IMG/VR virus record: IMGVR_UViG_3300021256_000098
DNA: 64,000 nucleotides
DNA from: a virus
Direction: 5' to 3' (one strand)
The notes under the pieces were generated by a model, which was not told the DNA's origin, did no database searches, and saw only the letters and a list, made by a program, of their open reading frames with translations. Position numbers and translations under genes: made by a program. How positions within the stretch are numbered: position 1 is the stretch's first letter; the number at the start of each line of letters is the position of its first letter. This document shows positions 29,145-39,507 of this stretch, piece after piece.

Positions 29145-31433
29145 ATGGATGATAAATTACAAGTCAAAGTAGGCGTTGCCCTAGACCCTGCAAGCAAGCA
29201 GAAAGTATTAAGTGAACTTAAAACTCTAAAACCTAAAAACAAAATTAAAGTTCTTGTTGACGCTGATACTAAACCTGCGTCAAAAAAAATTCAGAAACTC
29301 ATTAACAAATACGCCAAAAAGAAACTTACACTTAATGTTGATGCAAAAATTGGTGGAACGAATACTTCTAGGAGTTCGGCTGCTCTCAATAAGGTGCTTG
29401 TAGGACAAGCGCAACAAACAAAAAAGAAACTTGAAAAAACTTTTCAAGGGGTTAAATTTAATACATCATTCACTGATATTGGTGCAGAACGCAAACGCCT
29501 TGAACAAAAATTACAAGCAGCGGGTAAATCAGCCAAGGTTGGTGCCGGTTATAATGTCAAGAGAGACACTGATGGTAATATTACTCGTTTTGCTTTTGGT
29601 ATTAAAAATGTAGGCGCTGAAGCTGAGTCGTCTCAGAAATCGGTTGCAAAATTATTTTATACCCTTAAAGAAATAGACGGACAAAAGATGTTCGTTTTAG
29701 ACAGCAGTTCATTAGGTTCTCTCCCTACTTTTACGAAACAAATTGATAACTATGAACAAAAACTCAAAAACCTAAAAGCATTGTGGGGAAAGGAAGGAAC
29801 TCTTTCTTCTACTCTTCCAGGTGGGCTACAACAAACTGCTATTAGTGAGTTAAGTCAATTAGAAAGCATATTACAAAAGGTTCGTGGGCAAGCAGTTGTT
29901 ACGGGCGAAGATGTGGCGCGTGTTGGGGCTGCGTTTACGAGGTTTGATAAACAACCCGCTTTGTGGAAAAAACAGTTGACCCCAGATTCAAAATCACGGA
30001 TGTCATTAGAGCAGTACAATAAACAGATAGATACTCTCTATAACAAAATGCGTCGCTTTCAAGCAGATAATCCTAAAACAAAACAAATGAGTGGGTTTTC
30101 TGGCCTATTACAAGAATTAGGTCAATTAGATCGAAACAAGGTTGACGTCAATGGGTTAAATGACCTTAAAAGTAGATATGAAGGATTAGTTACTTCTGCT
30201 CACGAAATGGGCTTTGCTGGACAATCCGCTTTTAGTGCTTTAATAGGCAAAGCTAAAGAACTTGGTCTTTATTTAAGTACCAGTGTCATGTTTACCCATG
30301 TTATAGATGGGTTTAAGATGATGGTATCTAATGTAGTTGAATTAGATACTGCATTAACAGAACTTAAAAAGACTACGAATGGTTCACAACAGGATTATGC
30401 AAACTTCATTCAAGGAGCTGCAAATACCGCACAAGCTGTTGGTGCCAAAATCTCTGATGTTGTACAATCTGCGGCTGAATGGTCACGTTCTGGTTATGGA
30501 CTACAAGAATCAGGTGACTTAGCGAAGGCAGCCAACATGTACATGAATGTCTCGGAGTATGACAATATCACTGATGCAACCCAATCTATGATTTCTTCTA
30601 TGAAAGCATATGGTTATGAAGCATCGAATGTTATGACTCTGTTAGACAAGTTCAATGCTGTCGGCAATACTACTGCAACCAGTTCGAGCGGTTTAGGCGA
30701 TGCTTTACTGCGAAGCGCAAGCGCATTAGCAACAGCAGGAAATACTATTGACCAATCGTTAGGTTTGGTCGTAGCCGCCAACGAAACGGTGCAAAACCCG
30801 GAAAAAGTTGGTAACGGATTAAAGACTATTTCTTTGCGTATTCGCAATACGAAGGGTGAACTTGAAGAACTGGGCGAAGAATCCGATGGTGCAGTAGAGT
30901 CTATCACGAAACTGCAAACTCAATTGTTGAATCAAACCCATGGCAAGGTTAACATTTTTGATTCTAACGGACAATTTAGATCAACGTATGATATTTTAAC
31001 CGACCTTTCTCAAGCATGGGGTAGCTTAGATTCGGTTGAGCAAGCGAATATTACCACCATGCTTGCCGGTGCAACACAAGCCAATACATTGACTGCGATT
31101 ATGCAGAATATGTCTGTCGGCGCGAAAGCTGTAGAAACTTCGTTACATAGTCAAGGCTCTGCGGCAGAAGAAAATGCTCGTTGGATGGATTCTATTCAGG
31201 GCAGAATGCAGCAGCTCTCTGCAAGTTTCCAAGAATTATCTGCGACTGCGATCAACACTGATTTCGTCAAAGGTTTCATTAGCGGTGGACAATCTATCAT
31301 TGAAATCTTAAATCAAATCATTTCTACAGCCGGTGTACTTAAACCTTTATTAGCAGGGTTTGGCGTCGGCGCATTTATTAAGAACTTTGGTTGGCTCATA
31401 AAACATAGAGTCACGCTTATTCCTATTTCATAA
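29145..31433 (+). CDS. tail tape measure protein, N-terminal portion (contains a TP901-family TMP core-like region)
   Basis: Long coiled-coil Lys-rich N-terminus. The ...VVELDTALTELKKTT...GLGDALLRSASALATAG... region is typical of TMP cores. Ends in a hydrophobic segment. Confidence 0.65.
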   Translation: MDDKLQVKVGVALDPASKQKVLSELKTLKPKNKIKVLVDADTKPASKKIQKLINKYAKKKLTLNVDAKIGGTNTSRSSAALNKVLVGQAQQTKKKLEKTFQGVKFNTSFTDIGAERKRLEQKLQAAGKSAKVGAGYNVKRDTDGNITRFAFGIKNVGAEAESSQKSVAKLFYTLKEIDGQKMFVLDSSSLGSLPTFTKQIDNYEQKLKNLKALWGKEGTLSSTLPGGLQQTAISELSQLESILQKVRGQAVVTGEDVARVGAAFTRFDKQPALWKKQLTPDSKSRMSLEQYNKQIDTLYNKMRRFQADNPKTKQMSGFSGLLQELGQLDRNKVDVNGLNDLKSRYEGLVTSAHEMGFAGQSAFSALIGKAKELGLYLSTSVMFTHVIDGFKMMVSNVVELDTALTELKKTTNGSQQDYANFIQGAANTAQAVGAKISDVVQSAAEWSRSGYGLQESGDLAKAANMYMNVSEYDNITDATQSMISSMKAYGYEASNVMTLLDKFNAVGNTTATSSSGLGDALLRSASALATAGNTIDQSLGLVVAANETVQNPEKVGNGLKTISLRIRNTKGELEELGEESDGAVESITKLQTQLLNQTHGKVNIFDSNGQFRSTYDILTDLSQAWGSLDSVEQANITTMLAGATQANTLTAIMQNMSVGAKAVETSLHSQGSAAEENARWMDSIQGRMQQLSASFQELSATAINTDFVKGFISGGQSIIEILNQIISTAGVLKPLLAGFGVGAFIKNFGWLIKHRVTLIPIS

Positions 31434-31854
31434 GCGGCCTACTTTATAGTAAGGATGCAACGAATATGGTGTTGCTACAAGCTATATTAACATAGGGGTT
31501 CTAAAATACCTAGAGGAGTATTGGCGGTCTGCAATTCCGCTATGCTGGAACGGAAAGTGTTATATAACCAAAACGGAATCGGTGACGATAAACGGCAATG
31601 GTTTGAAAATATATAATGCAAGAAAATAACGATTTTATTTTCATGTCCCAATCAGCAGGACACGCTTCTGATATCATTTTATGATAGTGAAGGATATACT
31701 GGTAATACAGAGTAATCTTCTTAACAGAGTGCATCTTCATCGACTACCCATCCTCCCTGCTATTCAGACCTTATATGAATAACAGGTAAAGTATAGTCAA
31801 AAATGTGCCCATAATATTTGATGGATTGTTATGGGTTAATATAATTGCAAAATA

Positions 31855-31885
31855 AAGAAGCGACAAACTGCCGCTTCTTTTTTAA
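31855..31885. terminator. hairpin agaagcg-N9-cgcttct flanked by T/A runs (bidirectional terminator of the embedded minus-strand gene)
   Basis: 7-bp perfect stem followed by tttttt. Confidence 0.55.
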
Positions 31886-32581
31886 TTAAAAATCACTATT
31901 ACAATTATTGCAATGCCACTGTTTGCCAATCTTTGAACTAGCAAGTCCTGTCATACCGACAGATACAGCTCGTCCCCCTACCCCGATCTTTTTGCAATTA
32001 TGCGATCCGCAATATGGACAAGTGACGGTATGCTCTTGAACTGGAGGGTCGAATTGTTGCATTTCTATAGCATGACGCATTTCACGTTCCATAACTTCTT
32101 CCTCGTGTTGTTCGTCTACTATTTTACTTGCGTAAGAATCGAAGTCAGCCATGATTTCATTATATTTTTTAAGTTCATCCGTGTAAGATTGCCCCATAAA
32201 TAAAACCGGGAATGTTGTAATAAACCAAAAAATCAAAATAAATATTCCAAAAATCCACCAATCAAGGTCGTATGGATCTACAAAAGTCCAAATTGCCGCG
32301 CCAAGCAATGGTGATAATAGGATAGCATATTTGAATTTATCTAGTATTGTCCATTTAACTGGTTCTTTTGGTTTTGGGACTTGCTTGATAAGTTGTTCTC
32401 GTTTTTTCTCCCATTCCAAATCTTCTTGTCTGCATTGTTCTTCAAACCTCTTTTGCTTTTGCTCTTGTTCATCTTCAAGTTGTTTGCGATAGGTTTGAAT
32501 GTCGTATCCGCAATTCGGACAAATTAAAGCACTGCTTGATACGTCTTCTTTGCCACATTCCGGGCATTTAATTAGTGCCAT
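31886..32581 (-). CDS. zinc-ribbon (CPECG...CPNCG N-terminal, CPYCG...CNNC C-terminal) protein with two central TM helices, embedded antisense in the tape-measure locus
   Basis: 231 aa. Own RBS (ggaggga) and an extended -10 promoter-like sequence upstream on the minus strand. Confidence 0.6.
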   Translation of the reverse strand: MALIKCPECGKEDVSSSALICPNCGYDIQTYRKQLEDEQEQKQKRFEEQCRQEDLEWEKKREQLIKQVPKPKEPVKWTILDKFKYAILLSPLLGAAIWTFVDPYDLDWWIFGIFILIFWFITTFPVLFMGQSYTDELKKYNEIMADFDSYASKIVDEQHEEEVMEREMRHAIEMQQFDPPVQEHTVTCPYCGSHNCKKIGVGGRAVSVGMTGLASSKIGKQWHCNNCNSDF

Positions 32582-35500
32582 ATATCATCCCTCCTTACAA
32601 AAATTATATCACATTTTGCAGTTAAAAGAAATAGGAAATATTTTTAAGGCACTACAAAATGGTAAGAATTTTGGTGATATCAAAGATTCTTTAGATGGGC
32701 TGACGAAGTTCGGACGAGCAGTTACAGGAAAAGGATTAGCGCGGTTACATGCAAAAGGTGCTATTGATGATTCTACATGGAAGGCTGCGCGCAATAGATT
32801 AGGTTTAGACGCAAGCGATGCTGCTAATGCGGCTAGTTTAATAGACACTGTTTCTGGAAAAGTTAATTCTCTAAAAACTGCATTGTCTGGATTAAAACAA
32901 ATTGGCAGCAATGGGCTGTCCACAATCGCATCTGGATTACAGCAAATTATTTCAGCAGGAGAAGGTGCTACCAACATCTTCCAAGGCGTTTGGGCTATGC
33001 TAAAACAAGGTGGAACCATGTTTATGGGTTCGTCGTTGCCGATAGTTGCTATGATTGCTGCCGCGACGGTTGCACTAAAAAAAGCATACGACGCAGCGCA
33101 TGAATACGAAAACGCTCACCAAAAAGCTGTCGATTCACAATCTTCATATGATAGTACGATCAGCGAGATAGATACACTTAATTCTAAATTAGATACTACT
33201 AAGCAACGGCTGAATGAACTGCGGACTATGCGCAGCAACGGTACTATCAGTGTAACAGACAAAGCAGAGTTGGATCGGTTAGAACGTGAAAACACTGAAC
33301 TGGAAACTAGACAAAAGTTATTAGAAGGCGAAGCAAAACGACAACAGCGAACCGCTTCTATTGATGCTGTAGGCGCACTCAAAGCTAAAGAGCAGTCTCA
33401 GTACATGAAAGAACATGGGTATGAGACAGAAGAAGCAGTTAACTATACAGATAAAATTACTGCTGTTCGGCAAGACCTGCAATATCTCGATCAATTATAT
33501 CGTAACCGTTCTGATTTAGAACAGCGACTCATCTCCGCATATAATAGTGGAGACACAAAAACTCAAGATAATCTTAAAAGCCAACTCAACGACAATGAGG
33601 CAGAAATCGAAAAGTATCATGAAACTTTATCGAAGACTATGCCTGAGATCGAAAAGTATAGAGATACTTTACAACAGGATACGAATTTAGGTTCTATTGC
33701 AGGTGGAGAACAAGCCCTTACTGCTGCTTCTCAGTTAATGAATATGTGGCAAAATATTGGCACATCTCAAAGCGCAGCCGAAAAGACCTTATCTCAACTG
33801 AATACATTCTTTGATGGTAGTTCTAACAACACCGCCATCAAAGACCAGATTATTGAGATGATGGATGCAGCAACCCCCGCTTCTGATGCTTTACATATGC
33901 TGGGCTTATCTTTGCAAGATTTAGGCGTTGAAGCTACGCCTGAAAACCTTGCTGCTTTTAATAAGTATTTTGGTGAGTTAAAACAGCAAGCAGAGGATGC
34001 TGCGACTTCTGTCAAAACGCTTCAAGACGAAGTAGATGGCACTATGTCTGGCATTGCAACAGCGATGGAGTCTCAAAATGCTGGAGCAAACTACGAACAG
34101 CTTGACCAATATTTAACTAAAGCAAAATCTTTATATGATAGCGGATTAGTTGGTACTGATGATTTTAAGACTGTCGCTAAGATGATCTCTACAGGTGGCG
34201 CAGATATTGAAAAAGCTGTTCAAGATTTTTCTACTAACTACGCAAACCTTCAGAAATATTTTACTAAAGATAGTAGTGGCAATTTCACTCGCACCGGTAT
34301 TGACAAGTTTGTTTCTGACTTAGAAGCAACTGGGAAAACCTTCCATTCTACCGCAGAGGCCGCTGATGCACTCGGCATTTCAGCGGGAGCTTTTGAAGTT
34401 ATTTTAGGCAGATTAGGAGATTATGACATCAAAAAGTATGGGGACAATGCTTTTGATGGCATGGTCAAATCTGCGGCAGCTTTTGAACAGGCCAAAGAAA
34501 ATCTGTCACAATTACAGACTTTGTATGATAATATGGATGAGGGCGGTCGCAAAGACGCTCTTGGCGATAAATTATCTAATTGGGAATCTCAAATTGACAA
34601 AGCGCAAACCGATCTGGAATCATTAGATACGGACATTGTTTTGCAAATGAAATTAGAATATGATTTAGACTCTTTGCGAAACGAGATCGACGAAGCGCGT
34701 AGCGTGGCTCAAGCTGGTGGCGACGCTACAACTTGGGCTACTGCCATTAGCAAGCAACAGAAATATACTCAGGTTTCAGAACATGCCATGGGTATTGACC
34801 GTGAAGGCATTGAATTGCCTGTTAGTTATAAGATCGCAAAAGAATCATTTGCAGATTTACAAAGCCAGTTGAAAGAAGCTGTAGATAATGGCGATACTGA
34901 ACTAATTGCTAAATTGCAACCTCAAGTTGAAAATGCTGGCGAGTTAGTTAACAGTTTAGACGACGCAATTCGAGAAAGCAAACCCGAACTCTCCCCCACG
35001 CTGGACGTCAGCGAAGCTAATAAACAACTTAGTGACTGGGAAGCACAAAGTCGCAACACAAAGTTAGTCAAAGAGGCTTATATCAACTACATAACTGGTG
35101 GACAAGAAGCTCCCGAAGAAATGGATGCTTTGATGGATTATATCTTGGCACATCAAGATAATCCGGAAGATACGCAGGCAATGCTTGATTACATTAAAAG
35201 TCATCAAGACAACCCTGATGATATGCAAGCAATGCTTGATTACTTATTAAAGCATCAAGACGATCCAAACCCAATGAAAGCAGCATTGGATTACTGGAAA
35301 CGAACTCAAGAAGGAGCGACACAATCAAATACTAAGGTTAACTATAGACGAGGATCGCAGGAAGGCCCCGCACCAAAAACAGCTTTTGTACATTATATTG
35401 CATCGGGAGTTGCGGGTGCGGTTAGACGAGCTAAAGACTGGGTATCTCAACACGCACCTCACGCCCAAGGCACAGCTCATGCTTTTGGTTCTTGGGGTTT

Positions 35501-37844
35501 GCATAAAAACCAAACTTCTCTCATCAATGAGTTAGGCGAAGAAATCATTGTTCGTAATGGTAAATGGTTTACTCTCAATAATGGCTATCCTACTTTTGCA
35601 AAACTCCGGCGCGGTGACATAATTTTCAATCATAAACAAACAGAAGAATTGTTGAAGAATGGTTATGTCACCAATTCTCATGCTCGTATATTTGGTGCGG
35701 CTCGTGCAGCAGGAACAGTCAGCGGTACTGCATTTGCAACTGGAACGAAAAAATCTAAATCATCTAAGAATACATCTTCTGATAAAACAACAATTGATTG
35801 GCTTGAAATTCTGCTTGACCGCGCAGAACGTGCCGTTAAAAAACTGACTGATAAAGTTGGAAACACTTTTGCAAAGTACACATATCGTTTACAAGATGTT
35901 GCAAAAGCAATTACATCTACTCAGTCTGAAATCGCCAAACAACGCAAGGCGCAAGCTGCTTATCAGAAAAAAGCAAATGCTGTAAAACTTTCTGCTGGCT
36001 TAAAAAAGCAAGTGCGCGAAGGTGCATACTATATTTATGATTATGATGAGAAAACCCAAAAACTCATTAACGATTATAAAGAGTGGTATGAAAAGAGTTT
36101 AGACGCCAAGGATGCTATTGATGAATTAACTGAATCGTTAGGCGAGTTAGCGCAGAAGGCGTTTGACATTGTATCAAAAGAGTATGCGAATGAGTTTGAT
36201 ACATTAGAAAACCATGGAAAGTTGATTAGTGGCGCGGCAGACCTTGCAGAAGCAAGAGGGTACTTTGTTAATAGCGGCACGTATACCGATCTTATTGGTA
36301 TGGAACAACGCAAACGCGATAAAGGCATTAAACAATACAATGACTTAAAAGCACAACTTGATAAAGCTGTAAAATCCGGCGCGGTCGCAAAATTTTCCGA
36401 AGAATGGTGGGCGATGTCGAACGAGGTTCGTGAAGCCTCTATTGCAATTCAAGAGTGCGATGTAAGCATTGCAGAGTTCCAGCAAAAGATCAATGAGTTG
36501 AACTGGGAGAAGTTTGATTATCTGCAAGATACAATTAGTAAAGTAATTGACGAATCTAATTTCTTAATTGATTTATTGGAAGATTCGGATTTATTTACTG
36601 ATTCGGGTCAGCCTACATCTGAAGGCTGGGCAACGATTGGATTGCACAGTTCTAACATTAAAGTGTATCAAGATCAAGTTAAGCAATACGCCAAAGCTAT
36701 TCAAGATGTAGACAAACAACTCGCCAACGATCCGTATAATAAAGAACTGATTTCTCGCAGAACTGACTTATACGAAGCGCAACAAAAAGCTATTCTAGCA
36801 GCCAAAGATGAAAAGAAGGCTATTTCTGATTTAATCGAAGATGGTATTGATAAGCAAGTCGATCATATTAAAACTCTGATTGATACTTATACAGATGCTT
36901 TAGATGAAGCAAAGAGTTTATATGATTATCAGCGGAAGGTCACTGACCATACCAAAGAAATTGCTGCTATTCGTAAACAAATTGCGGCTTATAGCGGCGA
37001 TGAATCTGATGAATCCAAAGCACGTATTCAGAAATTACAAGTTGACTTAGAAAATGCAGAGAACGATCTTAAAGATACTGAGTATGATAAATATGTATCT
37101 GACACGAAGAAATTATTAGACAATTTCTATACACAGTACAAAGAAGATATGGAACGCCGTGCCGAACATTCTGATTCGTTGGTAGATGAATTGATTGGAC
37201 AAGTAGACAGTCATTCCACAGAAATCAATGATGTTATTCGGACTACAGCAAAAGATGTTGGTTATACGTTATCTTCTTCTATGAGCACACTAATCAGTGA
37301 CACAAATGGTGGATTAACAAATATTACATCTATGTTGCAAACCATTAGTGACTACATAAAAGAGATGGCTGATGTTGCGGGTAAAACAGAGTTAAATAAA
37401 AACGGAGATCCTGTTGTGAACAGCAATGGCGAAGTTCAGTATGTAAAACCCAAAAAATGGGTATCTCGAACCAGTATCACGACAGGAGATCCTTCTAAGA
37501 GAGTAATTTCTGCTGACAGTAATGGCGCATCTATGCTCTCAACGATGAGTAATTTGCGTCCTATAACTCATCGTACCATTGGCGTTAAACCAACAATGTA
37601 CCGCAATGGCAATAGTTTATTAAGTATGCCTGCCGTCGGATATGACACTAATAGCACAGGTGGCAATATCAATATCGCGGCAACAGCTAATGTAAGTATC
37701 GACCATGTATCTGACTACAATGATTTTGTAACGCAGTTACAGCACGACAAACAATTTGAATCTATGATTCAGTCCATGTCTGTTGATCGTCTTGTCGGCA
37801 AAACGTCTTTAGCCAAGAATAAATATAATTGGAGAAATAATTAG
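32499..37844 (+). CDS. tail tape measure protein, C-terminal portion (1781-aa ORF; the real start is probably at or after 32582, and is uncertain)
   Basis: Begins with a hydrophobic segment, then has >1000 aa of coiled-coil and a C-terminal globular region. Contiguous with part 1 except for the ~1.07-kb insert. Confidence 0.6.
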   Translation: MSYPQFGQIKALLDTSSLPHSGHLISAIYHPSLQKLYHILQLKEIGNIFKALQNGKNFGDIKDSLDGLTKFGRAVTGKGLARLHAKGAIDDSTWKAARNRLGLDASDAANAASLIDTVSGKVNSLKTALSGLKQIGSNGLSTIASGLQQIISAGEGATNIFQGVWAMLKQGGTMFMGSSLPIVAMIAAATVALKKAYDAAHEYENAHQKAVDSQSSYDSTISEIDTLNSKLDTTKQRLNELRTMRSNGTISVTDKAELDRLERENTELETRQKLLEGEAKRQQRTASIDAVGALKAKEQSQYMKEHGYETEEAVNYTDKITAVRQDLQYLDQLYRNRSDLEQRLISAYNSGDTKTQDNLKSQLNDNEAEIEKYHETLSKTMPEIEKYRDTLQQDTNLGSIAGGEQALTAASQLMNMWQNIGTSQSAAEKTLSQLNTFFDGSSNNTAIKDQIIEMMDAATPASDALHMLGLSLQDLGVEATPENLAAFNKYFGELKQQAEDAATSVKTLQDEVDGTMSGIATAMESQNAGANYEQLDQYLTKAKSLYDSGLVGTDDFKTVAKMISTGGADIEKAVQDFSTNYANLQKYFTKDSSGNFTRTGIDKFVSDLEATGKTFHSTAEAADALGISAGAFEVILGRLGDYDIKKYGDNAFDGMVKSAAAFEQAKENLSQLQTLYDNMDEGGRKDALGDKLSNWESQIDKAQTDLESLDTDIVLQMKLEYDLDSLRNEIDEARSVAQAGGDATTWATAISKQQKYTQVSEHAMGIDREGIELPVSYKIAKESFADLQSQLKEAVDNGDTELIAKLQPQVENAGELVNSLDDAIRESKPELSPTLDVSEANKQLSDWEAQSRNTKLVKEAYINYITGGQEAPEEMDALMDYILAHQDNPEDTQAMLDYIKSHQDNPDDMQAMLDYLLKHQDDPNPMKAALDYWKRTQEGATQSNTKVNYRRGSQEGPAPKTAFVHYIASGVAGAVRRAKDWVSQHAPHAQGTAHAFGSWGLHKNQTSLINELGEEIIVRNGKWFTLNNGYPTFAKLRRGDIIFNHKQTEELLKNGYVTNSHARIFGAARAAGTVSGTAFATGTKKSKSSKNTSSDKTTIDWLEILLDRAERAVKKLTDKVGNTFAKYTYRLQDVAKAITSTQSEIAKQRKAQAAYQKKANAVKLSAGLKKQVREGAYYIYDYDEKTQKLINDYKEWYEKSLDAKDAIDELTESLGELAQKAFDIVSKEYANEFDTLENHGKLISGAADLAEARGYFVNSGTYTDLIGMEQRKRDKGIKQYNDLKAQLDKAVKSGAVAKFSEEWWAMSNEVREASIAIQECDVSIAEFQQKINELNWEKFDYLQDTISKVIDESNFLIDLLEDSDLFTDSGQPTSEGWATIGLHSSNIKVYQDQVKQYAKAIQDVDKQLANDPYNKELISRRTDLYEAQQKAILAAKDEKKAISDLIEDGIDKQVDHIKTLIDTYTDALDEAKSLYDYQRKVTDHTKEIAAIRKQIAAYSGDESDESKARIQKLQVDLENAENDLKDTEYDKYVSDTKKLLDNFYTQYKEDMERRAEHSDSLVDELIGQVDSHSTEINDVIRTTAKDVGYTLSSSMSTLISDTNGGLTNITSMLQTISDYIKEMADVAGKTELNKNGDPVVNSNGEVQYVKPKKWVSRTSITTGDPSKRVISADSNGASMLSTMSNLRPITHRTIGVKPTMYRNGNSLLSMPAVGYDTNSTGGNINIAATANVSIDHVSDYNDFVTQLQHDKQFESMIQSMSVDRLVGKTSLAKNKYNWRNN

Positions 37845-37845
37845 T

Positions 37846-37880
37846 TTGGGGGGGAGGGTTTGCCCCCCCTCCCATTTTGG
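37846..37880 (+). terminator. G/C-rich hairpin (gggggggaggg...ccccccctccc) then T-run
   Basis: Sits directly after the TMP stop. Confidence 0.45.
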
Positions 37881-37917
37881 CGCATATGTTAACAATAGAA
37901 ATTGAAAGGATTAAAAA

Positions 37918-38211
37918 ATGAGAATACGTCAAGCGCGACAACGCCAGTATCTTATTGAATTAGCACAAGAGAATAAAATTCTCTTAAAAGAAAACGAGCG
38001 GTTGCGTACTCAATTAGAAGAGCAAGAAGAAATAACTGCTCAAATTGTAAATAAATATGAACAAGATCATAAAGAACACCAAGAGCAATTGGAACGATTA
38101 AGAAAAATAGAAATTGAGTATCAAGATTTAATGCGACAAGCAAGAAAAACTCAACATGATTATTCTAGCGATATGCAATTTTTGCTAAAGCAGTTGAATA
38201 TAATAACTTGA
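37918..38211 (+). CDS. coiled-coil hypothetical (97 aa)
   Basis: ORF with a strongly heptad-like pattern. Confidence 0.35.
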   Translation: MRIRQARQRQYLIELAQENKILLKENERLRTQLEEQEEITAQIVNKYEQDHKEHQEQLERLRKIEIEYQDLMRQARKTQHDYSSDMQFLLKQLNIIT

Positions 38212-39501
38212 TTGGAGGTGTTGCAAATGTATATCCGTGACTTTGAATATGACGGACAAAGGCTGAGTGATTTTGGTTTTATTGTAGGCAATGTTGATGG
38301 TAACGCAGGAACAGAATCAATCAATCCTGGCTATGATTTAACATTTAACACAGTAAGCACACGGTACGGTCAACGGTGGCTATCGGCGGGGACGCAATAT
38401 GATGAATGTTTGCAATCATCCATTCAAATTTGCAAAGACCCATGTTGTGCAGATGGGTTAGCTATTACTTCTACAGAATATCGCAATCTTGTACGATGGC
38501 TCAATCGTAAACAATTTTTACCGTTTCGTGCTATAAATACTAGCAATAATTTATTGATGGACGTTTACGCACCGAGCCTAAAAAAAGTTAATGCCCCTGC
38601 GGATCGTTACCTATCAGATGCCGCCAATATAAATACAACCGGTGCTTTTGTAGGAGTATTCGACCTCCCCGATCCAAAGGCGAATTATGTATACCGCATT
38701 ACTTCGACAGATGGTCAACGACGCATGTTATGCTGGTACGCTGGCACACACCCCCCGCTGCACGTTGGTTTAACTTATCGTATGTCGTGTTATGCAAAAG
38801 CGAATTCTGGAAACCCTAATTTGCGTTTATTTGTAAATGCAGTAGCCAGCCAGTTTTTTGAATTAACATCTGAATGGAAACGCTACGAGTATGTATTCAC
38901 CGTTCCGGTCTACGACGGCACCCCCCCCGATCAATATATGCGTGTATATTTTGGGCTAGGCGAATCGTCTGGCGCATGTGAGCTTGATATGTGTGGGTTT
39001 CGACTTGAACAAGTATCAGATATTTTATGGTGCGATGCTAGTTTTAATATGACTAAGACTATGGTTGATGGGCGTTGTTATGGCGTTGAATTGACAATGC
39101 AAACAAATCGACCGTTTTGTTATGGTGATACCATCTCCCAAACGCTAACTTTTGATGAAGTTAATGCAACGGCTACCATAGATAACCAGTCTGATGAGTT
39201 TGGATATATGTATCCGACTGTAGTAATTACATGCAAGCAGGCCGGAGATTTAACTTTAACAAATACTTTTGCTGATTGTACGACTGTCATTAAAGGATGT
39301 TCGTCTGGCGAAAAAATTACTATGTCCGGCGATACGCAAATTATTACTACATCAAAATCTAGTCATAAACTCTCAAAAAATTTTAACTTTGAATTTTTGA
39401 GATTGAATCGTTCTTATGAACAATCAGACAATATTATATCAGCCTCTCTCCCCTGCACAGTGAAAATTACATATAATCCAATTATAAAAGATGTATGGTG
39501 A
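38212..39501 (+). CDS. distal tail protein (Dit)-like, with an inserted ~150-aa carbohydrate-binding-like module
   Basis: Position after the TMP. The module LMDVYAPSLKKVNAPADRYLS...CELDMCGFRLEQVSD is shared with the fibre protein 46407-49892. Confidence 0.5.
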   Translation: MEVLQMYIRDFEYDGQRLSDFGFIVGNVDGNAGTESINPGYDLTFNTVSTRYGQRWLSAGTQYDECLQSSIQICKDPCCADGLAITSTEYRNLVRWLNRKQFLPFRAINTSNNLLMDVYAPSLKKVNAPADRYLSDAANINTTGAFVGVFDLPDPKANYVYRITSTDGQRRMLCWYAGTHPPLHVGLTYRMSCYAKANSGNPNLRLFVNAVASQFFELTSEWKRYEYVFTVPVYDGTPPDQYMRVYFGLGESSGACELDMCGFRLEQVSDILWCDASFNMTKTMVDGRCYGVELTMQTNRPFCYGDTISQTLTFDEVNATATIDNQSDEFGYMYPTVVITCKQAGDLTLTNTFADCTTVIKGCSSGEKITMSGDTQIITTSKSSHKLSKNFNFEFLRLNRSYEQSDNIISASLPCTVKITYNPIIKDVW

Positions 39502-39507
39502 TGTGGA

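Noticed and set aside
31434-32581. Group I/II intron or intein interrupting the tape-measure gene
   Set aside because: The embedded ORF is antisense, with its own promoter and terminator. It has no intron-type ORF (LAGLIDADG/GIY-YIG/RT) and no intein Cys/Ser...HN junction residues in frame. It is kept as a finding but not called an intron.
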